DNA from: Crocosphaera subtropica ATCC 51142
GTDB lineage: Bacteria; Cyanobacteriota; Cyanobacteriia; Cyanobacteriales; Microcystaceae
Reading direction: 5' to 3'
Length of the DNA: 32,000 nucleotides
NCBI RefSeq assembly: GCF_000017845.1
Contig: NC_010546.1
Location: 1,890,001 to 1,922,000, forward strand
Of this stretch, positions 19,067-27,260 are shown in pieces (within the stretch, counting starts at the first letter, position 1; every line of letters starts with the position of its first letter). The translations under genes and the position numbers were made by a program. The notes beneath the pieces were generated by a model that saw only the letters and a list, made by a program, of their open reading frames with translations, did no database searches and was not told the DNA's origin.

Positions 19067-19087
19067 CTGACTCCTGACTCCTGACTC
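19067..19087. repeat. Heptamer tandem repeat CTGACTC x3
   Basis: CTGACTCCTGACTCCTGACTC read directly, in the intergenic region between the Slt stop and the kinase start. Confidence 0.8.
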
Positions 19088-19134
19088 CCAAAACTAGAAA
19101 ACTTTGTACCTCACCAGTATGGGAATTGCTATAT

Positions 19135-21333
19135 TCATTGTTTAGCATATCTTTGCAATAATTGAGAAATTTCTGGGTTATAAATTCGGAGATAATTCCA
19201 ATAATTACCAAACACAGATTCTACATAACCTTTTGTTTCTCCAAAGGGTATTTTTTCCACAAACACATCAGGATCACTGACTCGATATCGTTTAACCCAT
19301 TTTGACACATTACCCGGTCCTGCGTTATAACTGGCAATGGCCAATAACGAATTATTACTATATTCAGAATGGGTATAATTTAAGTACCAAGTTCCTAAAT
19401 TAATATTGTCATTGGGATTGGTTAAAGAATAATCTTTTAAATTAATTTTATTAGCTACCCATTCCCCTGTTGCTGGCATCACCTGCATTAATCCTGTTGC
19501 CCCAACCGGTGACTTAATTTCAGGTTCAAAACGGGATTCTTGGCGCATTAACGAAGTGACTAATAGAGGATTTAATTGACGACGTTGAGTCCATTCAATG
19601 ATGTTATCGTAGAAAGGAAAAGGGAACAAAGCGTGCCAATATTTGTCCGTTTGTCTGAGTTGTTGCCATTCTTTTTCTTGTTCAGGATCATCTTTATTCT
19701 GAAGATACCAAACTTGATTAATCCCTTGAAGATTTTTCCCTTGAACTAACTTTAATAGCGCATCCGTAAACCCTTCATTGACGCTTAAGGTTTGGCGATC
19801 GCCCATTTCTGCTTGGAATAAGGTAATAGCATCCTCATCCTGTCCCAAACGGTACAACTCCTTAAACATTTCTGAACCCGCCGGGGGAAGGGGTCGGGTG
19901 TCAGGTTTATTCACCTGGGGCAATATTTGACGAACATTGTTAAAATTCCCCACATTCCACCCTAACTGTACGGCTGATCGCCAAGCATAGTAAGATTCAG
20001 GATGACGGGCAACGACGTGTTCAAAAGCTGCTTGAGCATCTTCTATTCTGCCTAACTGCTGCGCCCATTTTCCTACCCAAAAGGCTGCTTTCGGGGCGAT
20101 AGAACTCTCAGGGTTATTGGTGGTGATGGGTTGGGCCCAAGTCCAAGCTTTTAGTGCGTCTCCTGTTTCGGCTGCGTCTTGGGCCACTTGCCAACGATAT
20201 TCCGCCGTTGCATCAGACTTAGAATATTTGGATAAAAGGGTTTGACGTACCTTTGCTGCTTCTGCCTTTCGATTCAACTTATCGAGCAACGCAGCCTTAT
20301 CTAGAAGGGCTTCTGGAGCCTGTTCGGGGAATTTTTGGATAATTTCATCAAGATAAGTAATGGCGGTCTGTGGTGGGGATAATTGAGCCAGTCGTTTTAA
20401 AGCTAGGGCTGTTTCTTCGGCTTTCGGAAAGCCAAACATTAACTGGCGATAAGCAGCGATCACCGTTTCTTTATTATCCCCTGGGGGTTGGACTTGTTGC
20501 CCCCTAGCGATGCGGTAATAATTTTGGGGGCTTTTGTCCGCTTGTTGATAAGCCATGGCCGCTTTGTAGAACTCATTGACTTCCCAGTAACCGTCTGCGA
20601 TCCGTTGCCAGTCTTCGGGGGTGAGTTGATCGGCATAGTCATTCACTAAGCGATCGCGGATACTATTGGTGTTAGGGTCGTAGGGGGCATATTTGGCCAA
20701 CAACAATAATAATTCGGGTTGTTTTGGATTTTCTTTTAACCGTTCACGGATTACCTTTTGAATACTGGGATGTTGAGGAAATGTTTCGATGCCTTGATCC
20801 CAATAACTAGCATCGTATTTTCCTAACTCATACAAGGCTTCTGCTGAGGCCAAAGAGTCGGGATAGGTTTCTATCAGTTCTTGCCAGGTTTCTTGGGCTA
20901 ATGCCGTGTCATTGGTTAATTCGTAGCCTCGGCCTCGTTTGAGGAGAATATAGGGGACAAGGGTAGGATATTCTTTTTCTAACCCTTCGAGTTGTCTTAA
21001 TGCCGGGCCTCCTTCATACTCTTTAAGGAGATCGTTAGCCAATAGATAACGGGCCCGACTTCTTTCGAGGGAGAGGGTTTCAGAAGAAGCGATCGCTTGA
21101 AGTTGTTCTCGTCGTTGTTGGGCAGGAACTTCAGCTAATGTGAAGACAACGGAGGGTTTGTTAAGATCCTCTTTTAGCGTTGTTTCGATTTTAGCCTGTT
21201 GTCTTTGTTCGAGCCATTCTACCATTCTTGGAGTTAGAACCAGGGTACTAATGGCACCAGCTAAGAGTATACTAGAAGCAATAATCAGAGGACGTTTCTG
21301 TTTTAGTGGCTTAAGCATTCCATTCCCGCACAC
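19135..21333 (-). CDS. Soluble lytic murein transglycosylase (Slt70-like; superhelical N-domain plus SLT catalytic domain)
   Basis: C-terminal SLT motifs LMRQESRFEP (catalytic Glu), GATGLMQVMP and AIASYNAGPGNV. There is a long TPR/alpha-superhelical N-terminal region and a signal-anchor LIIASSILLAGAISTLVL. The start may be the internal MLKPLKQ (21318). Confidence 0.85.
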   Translation of the reverse strand: MCGNGMLKPLKQKRPLIIASSILLAGAISTLVLTPRMVEWLEQRQQAKIETTLKEDLNKPSVVFTLAEVPAQQRREQLQAIASSETLSLERSRARYLLANDLLKEYEGGPALRQLEGLEKEYPTLVPYILLKRGRGYELTNDTALAQETWQELIETYPDSLASAEALYELGKYDASYWDQGIETFPQHPSIQKVIRERLKENPKQPELLLLLAKYAPYDPNTNSIRDRLVNDYADQLTPEDWQRIADGYWEVNEFYKAAMAYQQADKSPQNYYRIARGQQVQPPGDNKETVIAAYRQLMFGFPKAEETALALKRLAQLSPPQTAITYLDEIIQKFPEQAPEALLDKAALLDKLNRKAEAAKVRQTLLSKYSKSDATAEYRWQVAQDAAETGDALKAWTWAQPITTNNPESSIAPKAAFWVGKWAQQLGRIEDAQAAFEHVVARHPESYYAWRSAVQLGWNVGNFNNVRQILPQVNKPDTRPLPPAGSEMFKELYRLGQDEDAITLFQAEMGDRQTLSVNEGFTDALLKLVQGKNLQGINQVWYLQNKDDPEQEKEWQQLRQTDKYWHALFPFPFYDNIIEWTQRRQLNPLLVTSLMRQESRFEPEIKSPVGATGLMQVMPATGEWVANKINLKDYSLTNPNDNINLGTWYLNYTHSEYSNNSLLAIASYNAGPGNVSKWVKRYRVSDPDVFVEKIPFGETKGYVESVFGNYWNYLRIYNPEISQLLQRYAKQ

Positions 21334-21365
21334 AACAATTTAAAGATACATTATACCTTCAAGTT

Positions 21366-21782
21366 TCATCTAGGTACGTTGGGATATAATCGATCAATTT
21401 CTTGCTGTTGAAGTAATCGTTGATCGATGAGAGCATCTTGTTGGTTCATGGTTTCAATACGCTCAAGGTACTGACCGCAGTTAGCATCAATAGGTGGGGG
21501 AGGGGTGGTAATAGTGCGCTCTAAACAAGCTCTTTCGGTGCGTTCCCGATGAAAATGTTGCAAAATCTTTTCAGGGGTCTGAAAATACAGTTGACGGTTA
21601 TGGCGCATATTTTCACGGTGAATTTCAGCATCGCAGTCCACTGCCGAAGGAATACATTGTCTGGGTGGAACAGAAATATTCGGGCCAATATTACGCAGTT
21701 GTGCGTTAGTTTTCACGGGGACGATTAAACTCAGTCCTGTTGTCACCAAGAATATCCAACCCAGAGGAGAATTAAGTTTCAT
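21366..21782 (-). CDS. Hypothetical secreted protein (signal peptide, 4 Cys, PPPP linker)
   Basis: Track ORF 21366-21803. I prefer the ATG at 21782 (MKLNSPLGWIFLVTTGLSLIVPVKTNAQ), which is preceded by GGAG 8 nt upstream. No recognisable domain. Confidence 0.55.
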   Translation of the reverse strand: MKLNSPLGWIFLVTTGLSLIVPVKTNAQLRNIGPNISVPPRQCIPSAVDCDAEIHRENMRHNRQLYFQTPEKILQHFHRERTERACLERTITTPPPPIDANCGQYLERIETMNQQDALIDQRLLQQQEIDRLYPNVPR

Positions 21783-21918
21783 AGCATTAGCTCCTAACGT
21801 CAAAGATTAATCACAAAAATAATTGAGATTACTTCTGTATTAATTCATGACTTTAATTTTATCAAGGTTAGAAAATCGATTTAGTTAATCGAGTGTCCTT
21901 TTTTTACTTTGGCATTAG

Positions 21919-22461
21919 TTATTTTTTGTTTCTTCGAGAACGACGTTTTTTAGGCTTTTTTTGAGACTGTTTAAAATGACTAACCCAATAATCGCTCAGA
22001 CTATGACTCATAGCTCCCAATTCTAAGCCAATAAAGGTAACAATGGCTTCCCCTAAATATTGATTTTTTAGTGTATTAAAGTTATATTCGGCAACATTTC
22101 GCCAATTCCAGGGAAATCCCCAAATGAATTGGGCGATGGCTACAACAAAAATGGCTACAATGACAATAATACTAAAAAGATAGATAACTCGGATCACCGT
22201 TCCTACAATCAACCCATGTGAAAAAAAAGAACGATGTTTAAAACAAGATTGATAAGGCAGCCAAATCCAGCGTATCATGCCCCAACGTTTGTATTGTAGG
22301 GAATAAATATCCAAATCAGGACCAAACATCAATCCACTGAATAAATAAGCCCCACTCAACCATAATAGCCATTCTCCCCGACCCGTGAGGAGATAAGCGA
22401 TGACAGCTAAGGGAGGTAAACTCAGGTAAGTAATGCGATCGTGAGTACGGCCAGAAGGCAT
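21919..22461 (-). CDS. Membrane metal-binding protein family (DUF2227-like)
   Basis: The N-terminus MPSGRTHDRIT is followed by several TM helices, SHGL and SHSLSD His motifs, and a basic tail KKPKKRRSRRNKK. This resembles the small cyanobacterial family annotated as metal-binding protein. Recognised from memory only. Confidence 0.5.
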   Translation of the reverse strand: MPSGRTHDRITYLSLPPLAVIAYLLTGRGEWLLWLSGAYLFSGLMFGPDLDIYSLQYKRWGMIRWIWLPYQSCFKHRSFFSHGLIVGTVIRVIYLFSIIVIVAIFVVAIAQFIWGFPWNWRNVAEYNFNTLKNQYLGEAIVTFIGLELGAMSHSLSDYWVSHFKQSQKKPKKRRSRRNKK

Positions 22462-22540
22462 AATCTAAATAGGGTTGAATCCTTGTACTCTTAGACGGTT
22501 CCCTGTTCTGAAGTTTCCTGAAAAAAGAATAAAAAAGGTG

Positions 22541-22568
22541 TTGCGTTTTCTGCTAGATATGTTATGAT
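22541..22568 (+). promoter_or_regulatory. Candidate sigma-70 promoter of tRNA-Val
   Basis: TTGCGT (22541-22546), a 16-nt spacer, then TATGAT (22563-22568). It lies 16 nt upstream of the tRNA 5' end. Confidence 0.4.
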
Positions 22569-22584
22569 AGCAAAGCATGAGTAA

Positions 22585-22656
22585 GGGCGATTAGCTCAGC
22601 GGTAGAGCTCCTGCCTTACAAGCAGGCTGTCACTGGTTCAAATCCAGTATCGCCCA
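22585..22656 (+). tRNA. trnV: tRNA-Val (anticodon UAC), no encoded CCA
   Basis: The cloverleaf folds by hand. Acceptor GGGCGAT/ATCGCCC; D arm GCTC-AGCGGTA-GAGC; anticodon arm CCTGC-CTTACAA-GCAGG; variable CTGTC; T arm ACTGG-TTCAAAT-CCAGT; discriminator A. Confidence 0.95.
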
Positions 22657-22657
22657 T
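22612..22657 (+). repeat. attL core (inside the intact tRNA-Val)
   Basis: TGCCTTACAAGCAGGCTGTCACTGGTTCAAATCCAGTATCGCCCAT, identical to 28892-28937. Confidence 0.9.
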
Positions 22658-22751
22658 TGTTTTGCGTGACCATAAAGAGTGTCATGACCCTTAAATTATT
22701 ACATATTTTGATGTATAGCTGTTTATCTATAGTTTCACCATGCAATGATAG

Positions 22752-22787
22752 ACAAAAATAAATCCCTCTACCGGTCAAGGTAAAGGG
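22752..22787 (-). terminator. Candidate intrinsic terminator of the prim-pol/helicase gene
   Basis: On the minus strand: CCCTTTACC-TTGACC-GGTAGAGGG (9-bp stem, one mismatch) followed by ATTTATTTTTG. It lies 14 nt after the stop at 22801. Confidence 0.4.
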
Positions 22788-22800
22788 TTCTAGTCTGTAT

Positions 22801-25800
22801 TTAAGAAAATGAGGGCTTGGTATCTTTCAAAAATTGGAAGTCTGATAACGGTTGATTTTTTTGATGGCCATCCTCATGAATGGCGATCGCAAAAACTTCT
22901 TTTCCCTTCTGATATTCGTACTGTATTTTGTACCATTCTCCTGTAGGAAGATGTAGTACACTCCATCCTTGGTGTGTTAAATCTATGGCGTGTTGGTTCA
23001 TTTGTTCTGTTGACGTTTTTGTAGCAAGAAAACTTTTCTTACTCCCTTCTCCTGTAGTATGTCCGTAACCCATTTCGGTAAGGTCATCAAACATTTTTCG
23101 GATGTCAGCCATCGAATAAGACTTAAAAACTCGACTTGCCATTTTTACGTCTCTAGCCTTAATTTCCCCTTTCTTCAAAGAAAAGTCATAGATTTTCTTT
23201 AACTCAGGGGTCAAATCCCCAGTGACCTCTAAAATGTCCTGATAGATAAGGTCAAATTGGTTTTGGTATATCTTTATGAGTTCGATAGCCTTTTCTAGAT
23301 GCTTACGAGATATCACATACCGTTCTAACTCTATTGGTTTAAATGCCTTTTCTATCGCCTCATCAATCATCTTTTTGAACTCATCAAGGGATAACCTTGT
23401 TGCTGTTATTCCTTTGATGTAAGCAGTATCGATTAAGGACAAAATTAAGGCAATATCCCCCACAAAAGCAGTGTGTTTAGAGAATATCTTACTCTTATAC
23501 GTTCCCTCTCCCTTAACCTTCTCTTCTTGGCAATATTCAAACCATTCCCTGTAAAGTTCTTTAGCATCGGGACTTAATTCGGCTCTATAAGCAGGTAAAG
23601 CTATTAAGTTGAGGTAAATACCTTTAAGTAAGGGATACAACCCAGAATCATAGTCATTTTCTGGAAATATGGCTTTTTTGGTGGGACGACAACACATTAA
23701 AAACCTTGCCCAATACCCGTTAGGATCAGACCCATCTCCCATTTGTTGCTTAAGGATATCGGGTTGAATCCCCCCTACGATGCTATAGGTTGACCGCAAA
23801 GCAAAAACGCTACTATCAACCCTTTCAGTGTGTGGAAAAGTACCGTCCCTTGCTTGCAGTAAGTTCTCAATATCACGTCCTTTTCCCCCTTTATACTGGT
23901 TTGCTCCCTTTAATAAGGCAGAAAGTTCGTCAAACTCCAAAAGAAACCCTCTATCTTGCTGTCTCGCTTGTAGTCTTACTAATGCCTCCCCAGTCGTATC
24001 ATTTACATAAAACCTTTGAGGATCGAATGGAGTGATAGGCTTTTCTTCCCTTTCTTCTGTAGGTGTCGCTTTCCATTGGTCTAGTGCTTCACTATAAAGT
24101 TGGGTTGACCGTTCCCACATTTCTTGTGCTGTTGCTTGGAACTCTTCAAGGGGCTTTTTCAGGGTCTTTAGGGTAGGGGACTTTGCACAACCACTTCCCC
24201 CTACAATCCCAGACCAGATGATAGGATGCCTCTTAAAGTCACTAGCCTTTATCAAAGTTAGATGAGTATTAGCATTAATTAGGGACGAAGCAATGGGTAG
24301 TAAACAGGTTAACAAACCCAGTTCAGTCGTACCCAAAATAGATGATATATTTTTGAGCTTGACAGCTAGTCCAGAAGGTATATAATGACCTAAATCTATA
24401 TCTTTGGTCTGAACCTGTAGTAAGTGGTCTAGCGTACGCTTGAGGTCTGGGAGTTGTTCTTTATACTCTGCCTCCTGTATCCACTGGGTATAAGTTGACT
24501 CAACCCATTGAACACGATGACCCACTAATTTAGCTAGACTACCTAATTCAAGAGTTAAAGCAGTACCCGTCAAGTTTGAGTTATAGAACTCTTCAAAGTA
24601 TTGAAGTAGGGACACTTTTAACTCTTCTGTGTCGATACTGTTTTTAGTAGTACCTTGAAAAACACTGGGTAGTAGCAGGTCACTACCAGTCAGATTGTAA
24701 AAAGCTTGCTTTAGGGCAGGTATGCCGAAAGCTCCTGTAGTAGAGTCGTTAACCTGCTCCCAGTCCCCTGTACCGTGGGGTAGTAACGGACTAAACAACT
24801 CTAGTGCTTTATTTTTATCTCCGAGTATATTGCCTGATGCTCCTAAAGCCACTCTATAGGAATCATAGGTATTTGTCCCTGCTACTCTTGTAGGTAGATT
24901 GGTGACTACATATCTGATTAGTTCTAAACAGTTTTCTTCCCCATACTTCTTAATGTAGTCAATGGTACTGGTTGAGGAGATACTACTAGATTCCCATACC
25001 TTACATTTATTTGTAATAGTATGTTTTGGTAGGGTCTTTCCTAGTCCTGTAACTATACTCTCAAGGTTATTTTTTAACTCTTCAAAGGTAGGGAATTTTC
25101 TTTTTATTTCCTTCCCTAAAGGGTTTAGAGAAGTCTCAGGAGAAAGGTATAGTAAGGCTTGCTCTTTTTCTTTGTCCTTACGATAAAAACTAGGAACCCT
25201 CATTTGTTGAACTACATTATTACAAGGTTTAGGGTCAACATATCCGTCATAGATAGCCATCAACAAAGACATCAAATAAGCCCAATCATGCTTATTAATT
25301 GAATGACTTAATTTAATGGTTGTATGGTAGGATTTATTACCTGAATGATGGACTGCTAAACCTTTCCAGGGATAGTCTTTTATGAATGCTTTTAAAAGAG
25401 ATTCTTGTTCTGTTTGGGTTCCTTTGTCGAACTCTATTTGAAGGACATCAGTTTGCTTGAAACGGTCTGATGTAGGTGTAAAAGGAACTTGAGAAGGAAT
25501 CCAAGTGACCCCTTTTGTTCCTGGTTTCTCTGACAATTCTCTGATGTATTCATAGGCTAAATGGTATCCCCCAACTTCTTTCCTAGTCTCTTTCTTCCCT
25601 TTTTCTTCCTTCTGAGTAAGAATAACCTTTAAACTGAGTGGATCACCGTCATAGGTTCCTTTGTAGAACTCAGGGGCTTTACCCTCGTACTGAACAATAA
25701 ACCAGATATTTTGTGGAGGCGAATAGGTATCTGTAAGAGTGAAAAAGGTTTTAGCAAAAGCTTCAAAAGCATCCTTTTTTGTTAGGATATCTTGTCCTAA

Positions 25801-25866
25801 ACCATTACTTGCTATAGTAGAATTAAGCAAGTCGAAACCATTACTTGCATGGCTATTGTTTCGCAT
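22801..25866 (-). CDS. Replication protein: N-terminal archaeo-eukaryotic primase (prim-pol) domain fused to a DUF3987/SF3-like P-loop helicase domain
   Basis: AEP motifs: acidic LQIEFD, HHSGNKSYHTTI (sGxxxH), and VDPKPCNNVVQQMRVPSFYRK (D...R-x-P-[GS]). The P-loop is GIVGGSGCAKSPTL (Ala replaces the usual Gly before Lys). The Walker B-like motif is FLLEFDELSALL. Length 1021 aa. Confidence 0.7.
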   Translation of the reverse strand: MRNNSHASNGFDLLNSTIASNGLGQDILTKKDAFEAFAKTFFTLTDTYSPPQNIWFIVQYEGKAPEFYKGTYDGDPLSLKVILTQKEEKGKKETRKEVGGYHLAYEYIRELSEKPGTKGVTWIPSQVPFTPTSDRFKQTDVLQIEFDKGTQTEQESLLKAFIKDYPWKGLAVHHSGNKSYHTTIKLSHSINKHDWAYLMSLLMAIYDGYVDPKPCNNVVQQMRVPSFYRKDKEKEQALLYLSPETSLNPLGKEIKRKFPTFEELKNNLESIVTGLGKTLPKHTITNKCKVWESSSISSTSTIDYIKKYGEENCLELIRYVVTNLPTRVAGTNTYDSYRVALGASGNILGDKNKALELFSPLLPHGTGDWEQVNDSTTGAFGIPALKQAFYNLTGSDLLLPSVFQGTTKNSIDTEELKVSLLQYFEEFYNSNLTGTALTLELGSLAKLVGHRVQWVESTYTQWIQEAEYKEQLPDLKRTLDHLLQVQTKDIDLGHYIPSGLAVKLKNISSILGTTELGLLTCLLPIASSLINANTHLTLIKASDFKRHPIIWSGIVGGSGCAKSPTLKTLKKPLEEFQATAQEMWERSTQLYSEALDQWKATPTEEREEKPITPFDPQRFYVNDTTGEALVRLQARQQDRGFLLEFDELSALLKGANQYKGGKGRDIENLLQARDGTFPHTERVDSSVFALRSTYSIVGGIQPDILKQQMGDGSDPNGYWARFLMCCRPTKKAIFPENDYDSGLYPLLKGIYLNLIALPAYRAELSPDAKELYREWFEYCQEEKVKGEGTYKSKIFSKHTAFVGDIALILSLIDTAYIKGITATRLSLDEFKKMIDEAIEKAFKPIELERYVISRKHLEKAIELIKIYQNQFDLIYQDILEVTGDLTPELKKIYDFSLKKGEIKARDVKMASRVFKSYSMADIRKMFDDLTEMGYGHTTGEGSKKSFLATKTSTEQMNQHAIDLTHQGWSVLHLPTGEWYKIQYEYQKGKEVFAIAIHEDGHQKNQPLSDFQFLKDTKPSFS
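24428..24443. repeat. Island palindrome copy 4 (15/16), inside the prim-pol/helicase CDS
   Basis: TCTAGCGTACGCTTGA versus the consensus TCTAGCGTACGCTAGA. Confidence 0.7.
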
Positions 25867-25897
25867 GATATTCTTTTAAAAAATTAAGTTTTTTCTA

Positions 25898-25933
25898 GAA
25901 CCTTGTAGGATGTGTAAAGACCCTTCAAGGTTC
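25898..25933. promoter_or_regulatory. Inverted repeat GAACCTTG-N20-CAAGGTTC upstream of the prim-pol/helicase start
   Basis: Perfect 8-bp arms at 25898-25905 and 25926-25933, 32-67 nt upstream of the start codon at 25866. The function is unknown (operator, leader hairpin or origin element). Confidence 0.25.
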
Positions 25934-26111
25934 GATTTTAAACTATACCTTAGAGGTTTTGTGACGACAACTCGCATAAATAAGTAAAAGCCCCGAAAAA
26001 CATCTTTAAATTGATGAATTCAAGGGCTTTGAGGGTATATACTTTATTTATTAGATTTTTTCTCTACTTAGCGGAGTTATCCCACTAAGTAATCCTCTGA
26101 TCACAAGGGTT

Positions 26112-26516
26112 CTATTTCTTGTTTTCAGGGGGTTTTCCGTTGCTTGAAGACTCTAGAAGTCTTCTTATTTCTTTTAGTTCTAATTCCATTTCTTCCTGTT
26201 TTCTTATGGAATGAGCTAAAGCATTATGCACTGATTGTTCGACTTCAAATTGCTTGGTTAGTAGAAACTCCATTTTTCCTTCTCCGATATTAATTCCCTT
26301 GGCATGGTGGATCACGGTTCGCCCCGTAGTGGATAAATTAGGTAAACCCTCTTTGAACTCTTTTCCATCATGAAGCAGGTCGATGACCTTGCAAATAATC
26401 AGTCTAGCGACAGTAGCTCTAGTATTTCCCATTCTTTCAGCAAGTTCTATTAACTTGTCGTTGTAGTCATCGTCTAATTGGACATTAAACCTTGTCGTTG
26501 TTAGTTCCTTAGCCAT
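26112..26516 (-). CDS. Ribbon-helix-helix (CopG/Arc/MetJ-type) DNA-binding protein with a C-terminal coiled coil
   Basis: The N-terminus TRFNVQLDDDYNDKLIELAERMGNTRATVARLIICKVIDLL fits the beta-strand / helix A / G-x-[ST]-R turn / helix B pattern. The start overlaps the upstream stop as ATGGCTAA. Confidence 0.65.
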   Translation of the reverse strand: MAKELTTTRFNVQLDDDYNDKLIELAERMGNTRATVARLIICKVIDLLHDGKEFKEGLPNLSTTGRTVIHHAKGINIGEGKMEFLLTKQFEVEQSVHNALAHSIRKQEEMELELKEIRRLLESSSNGKPPENKK

Positions 26517-26805
26517 TAGTTTTATGCTCCTCTGAGAGTGTTTTTATCATGTTTTGGGACTCAAGCCCTTTAACCATCAAATCAAGGCTCATAGACCCTG
26601 ATTTCTTCCTACGCTTTGTTTTTTCAGCTAGTTCCTGTAAGTCATCCTTCCTGATAACGATAAACTCTTCATTGTCATCTAGCATTTTGGCCACTGCGAT
26701 TAGAAAAGTAATAAATTTATCAGGAACCCTGACAGGTCTGCTTGGCTGTGTTTTCCATTTTGGTTTTTGAGGGTTTAGGTTCTTAATTTGTATCTCTGTA
26801 GGCAT
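26509..26805 (-). CDS. Hypothetical basic protein (98 aa), first gene of the leftward operon
   Basis: Track ORF 26509-26844. The first 13 codons merely translate the 16-bp palindrome, so I prefer the ATG at 26805 (MPTEIQIKNL). It overlaps the RHH gene by 8 nt, consistent with translational coupling. Confidence 0.5.
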   Translation of the reverse strand: MPTEIQIKNLNPQKPKWKTQPSRPVRVPDKFITFLIAVAKMLDDNEEFIVIRKDDLQELAEKTKRRKKSGSMSLDLMVKGLESQNMIKTLSEEHKTNG

Positions 26806-26811
26806 CTTCCC

Positions 26812-26827
26812 TCTAGCGTACGCTAGA
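26812..26827. repeat. Island palindrome copy 1 (16/16)
   Basis: TCTAGCGTACGCTAGA, perfectly self-complementary, 7 nt upstream of the ATG at 26805. Confidence 0.9.
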
Positions 26828-26876
26828 AATGTAGGGGTAAACAAGCACCAATTTTAGGTATATTATAGGGATGTTG

Positions 26877-26892
26877 TCAAGCGTACGCTAGA
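26877..26892. repeat. Island palindrome copy 2 (15/16)
   Basis: TCAAGCGTACGCTAGA, 8 nt upstream of the ATG at 26901. Confidence 0.85.
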
Positions 26893-26900
26893 GATTAATC

Positions 26901-27251
26901 ATGGTTTCTCTTCCTAAAAAACAGTCTGAGACAAAAAAACTAAAGAAGCTTCCTAGAGGACAATATTTCGTAAAAGACTTTAACCCAGAAACTAAAGAGG
27001 CCATTGTCCAAAACTATGTAGGAGAGTATTTTGGACAGAGCATCATAGAAACCATACCAGTTAGGATCAATACTAATATCCCTCGGTGCTGTACCGTAGC
27101 AGGGGTTTTAATTGCTTCGGATGGGCAAGGAAGTGTCTGTGATCGCATAACTATTCCTAGGGACTCCTACGGTGATCCCGTTCCTTTCCTTCATATTGAA
27201 AGGGTTGTGTCGGTTCGCTTTTACTCTGAGGTGGCATCAGACCTACAATAA
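26901..27251 (+). CDS. Hypothetical protein (116 aa), the only rightward gene of the element
   Basis: A complete ORF with an ATG start and a basic N-terminus KKQSETKKLKKLPRG. No recognisable domain. It is bracketed by palindrome copies 2 and 3. Confidence 0.5.
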   Translation: MVSLPKKQSETKKLKKLPRGQYFVKDFNPETKEAIVQNYVGEYFGQSIIETIPVRINTNIPRCCTVAGVLIASDGQGSVCDRITIPRDSYGDPVPFLHIERVVSVRFYSEVASDLQ

Positions 27252-27260
27252 ATCTGTTTT

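Larger units (their letters stand above)
26806..26900. promoter_or_regulatory. Divergent promoter/operator region of the element
   Basis: Palindrome copies at 26812-26827 and 26877-26892 flank an AT-rich core GGTATATTATAGGG. On the minus strand this core reads as a perfect TATAAT (26867-26862). On the plus strand it reads as TATATT/TATTAT. Confidence 0.5.

Noticed and set aside
18883-19087. Heptamer arrays as a CRISPR or minisatellite-encoded feature
   Set aside because: The units are 7 nt with no spacers, no leader and no cas genes. This is the cyanobacterial STRR class, not CRISPR.
20460-21343. 60-aa (minus strand, other frame) and 67-aa (plus strand) ORFs within the Slt gene
   Set aside because: They are nested in or antisense to the Slt CDS, whose catalytic motifs are intact.
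23790-25186. Three plus-strand ORFs (81, 60 and 74 aa) inside the prim-pol/helicase gene
   Set aside because: They are antisense to the 1021-aa ORF and have no motifs. Two of them overlap each other in different frames.
26065-26091. Hairpin TACTTAG-N13-CTAAGTA after the RHH gene as a terminator
   Set aside because: On the transcribed (minus) strand the hairpin is followed by an A-rich tract, not a U-rich one. The T-run lies on the wrong side. It is therefore not a convincing intrinsic terminator.
26549-26770. 73-aa plus-strand ORF antisense to the 98-aa island gene
   Set aside because: It has no start context. It lies wholly inside the leftward operon, and I could not support it independently. 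I cannot fully exclude it, because the 98-aa gene itself is an orphan.
26112-26805. Reading orf98 plus the RHH gene as a toxin-antitoxin pair
   Set aside because: The 8-nt overlap and the RHH fold are reminiscent of TA modules. However, the RHH protein is large (134 aa, with a coiled-coil tail), it is the downstream gene, and the partner shows no toxin motif that I recognise. The position directly upstream of a replicase fits a CopG-type copy-control or regulator role better. A TA role is not excluded, only unsupported.
26806-26844. N-terminal 13 codons of the track ORF 26509-26844
   Set aside because: These codons (MFTPTFLAYARGK) are simply the translation of the 16-bp palindrome and its flank. 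The ATG at 26805 leaves the palindrome in the promoter/operator region, which makes more sense.
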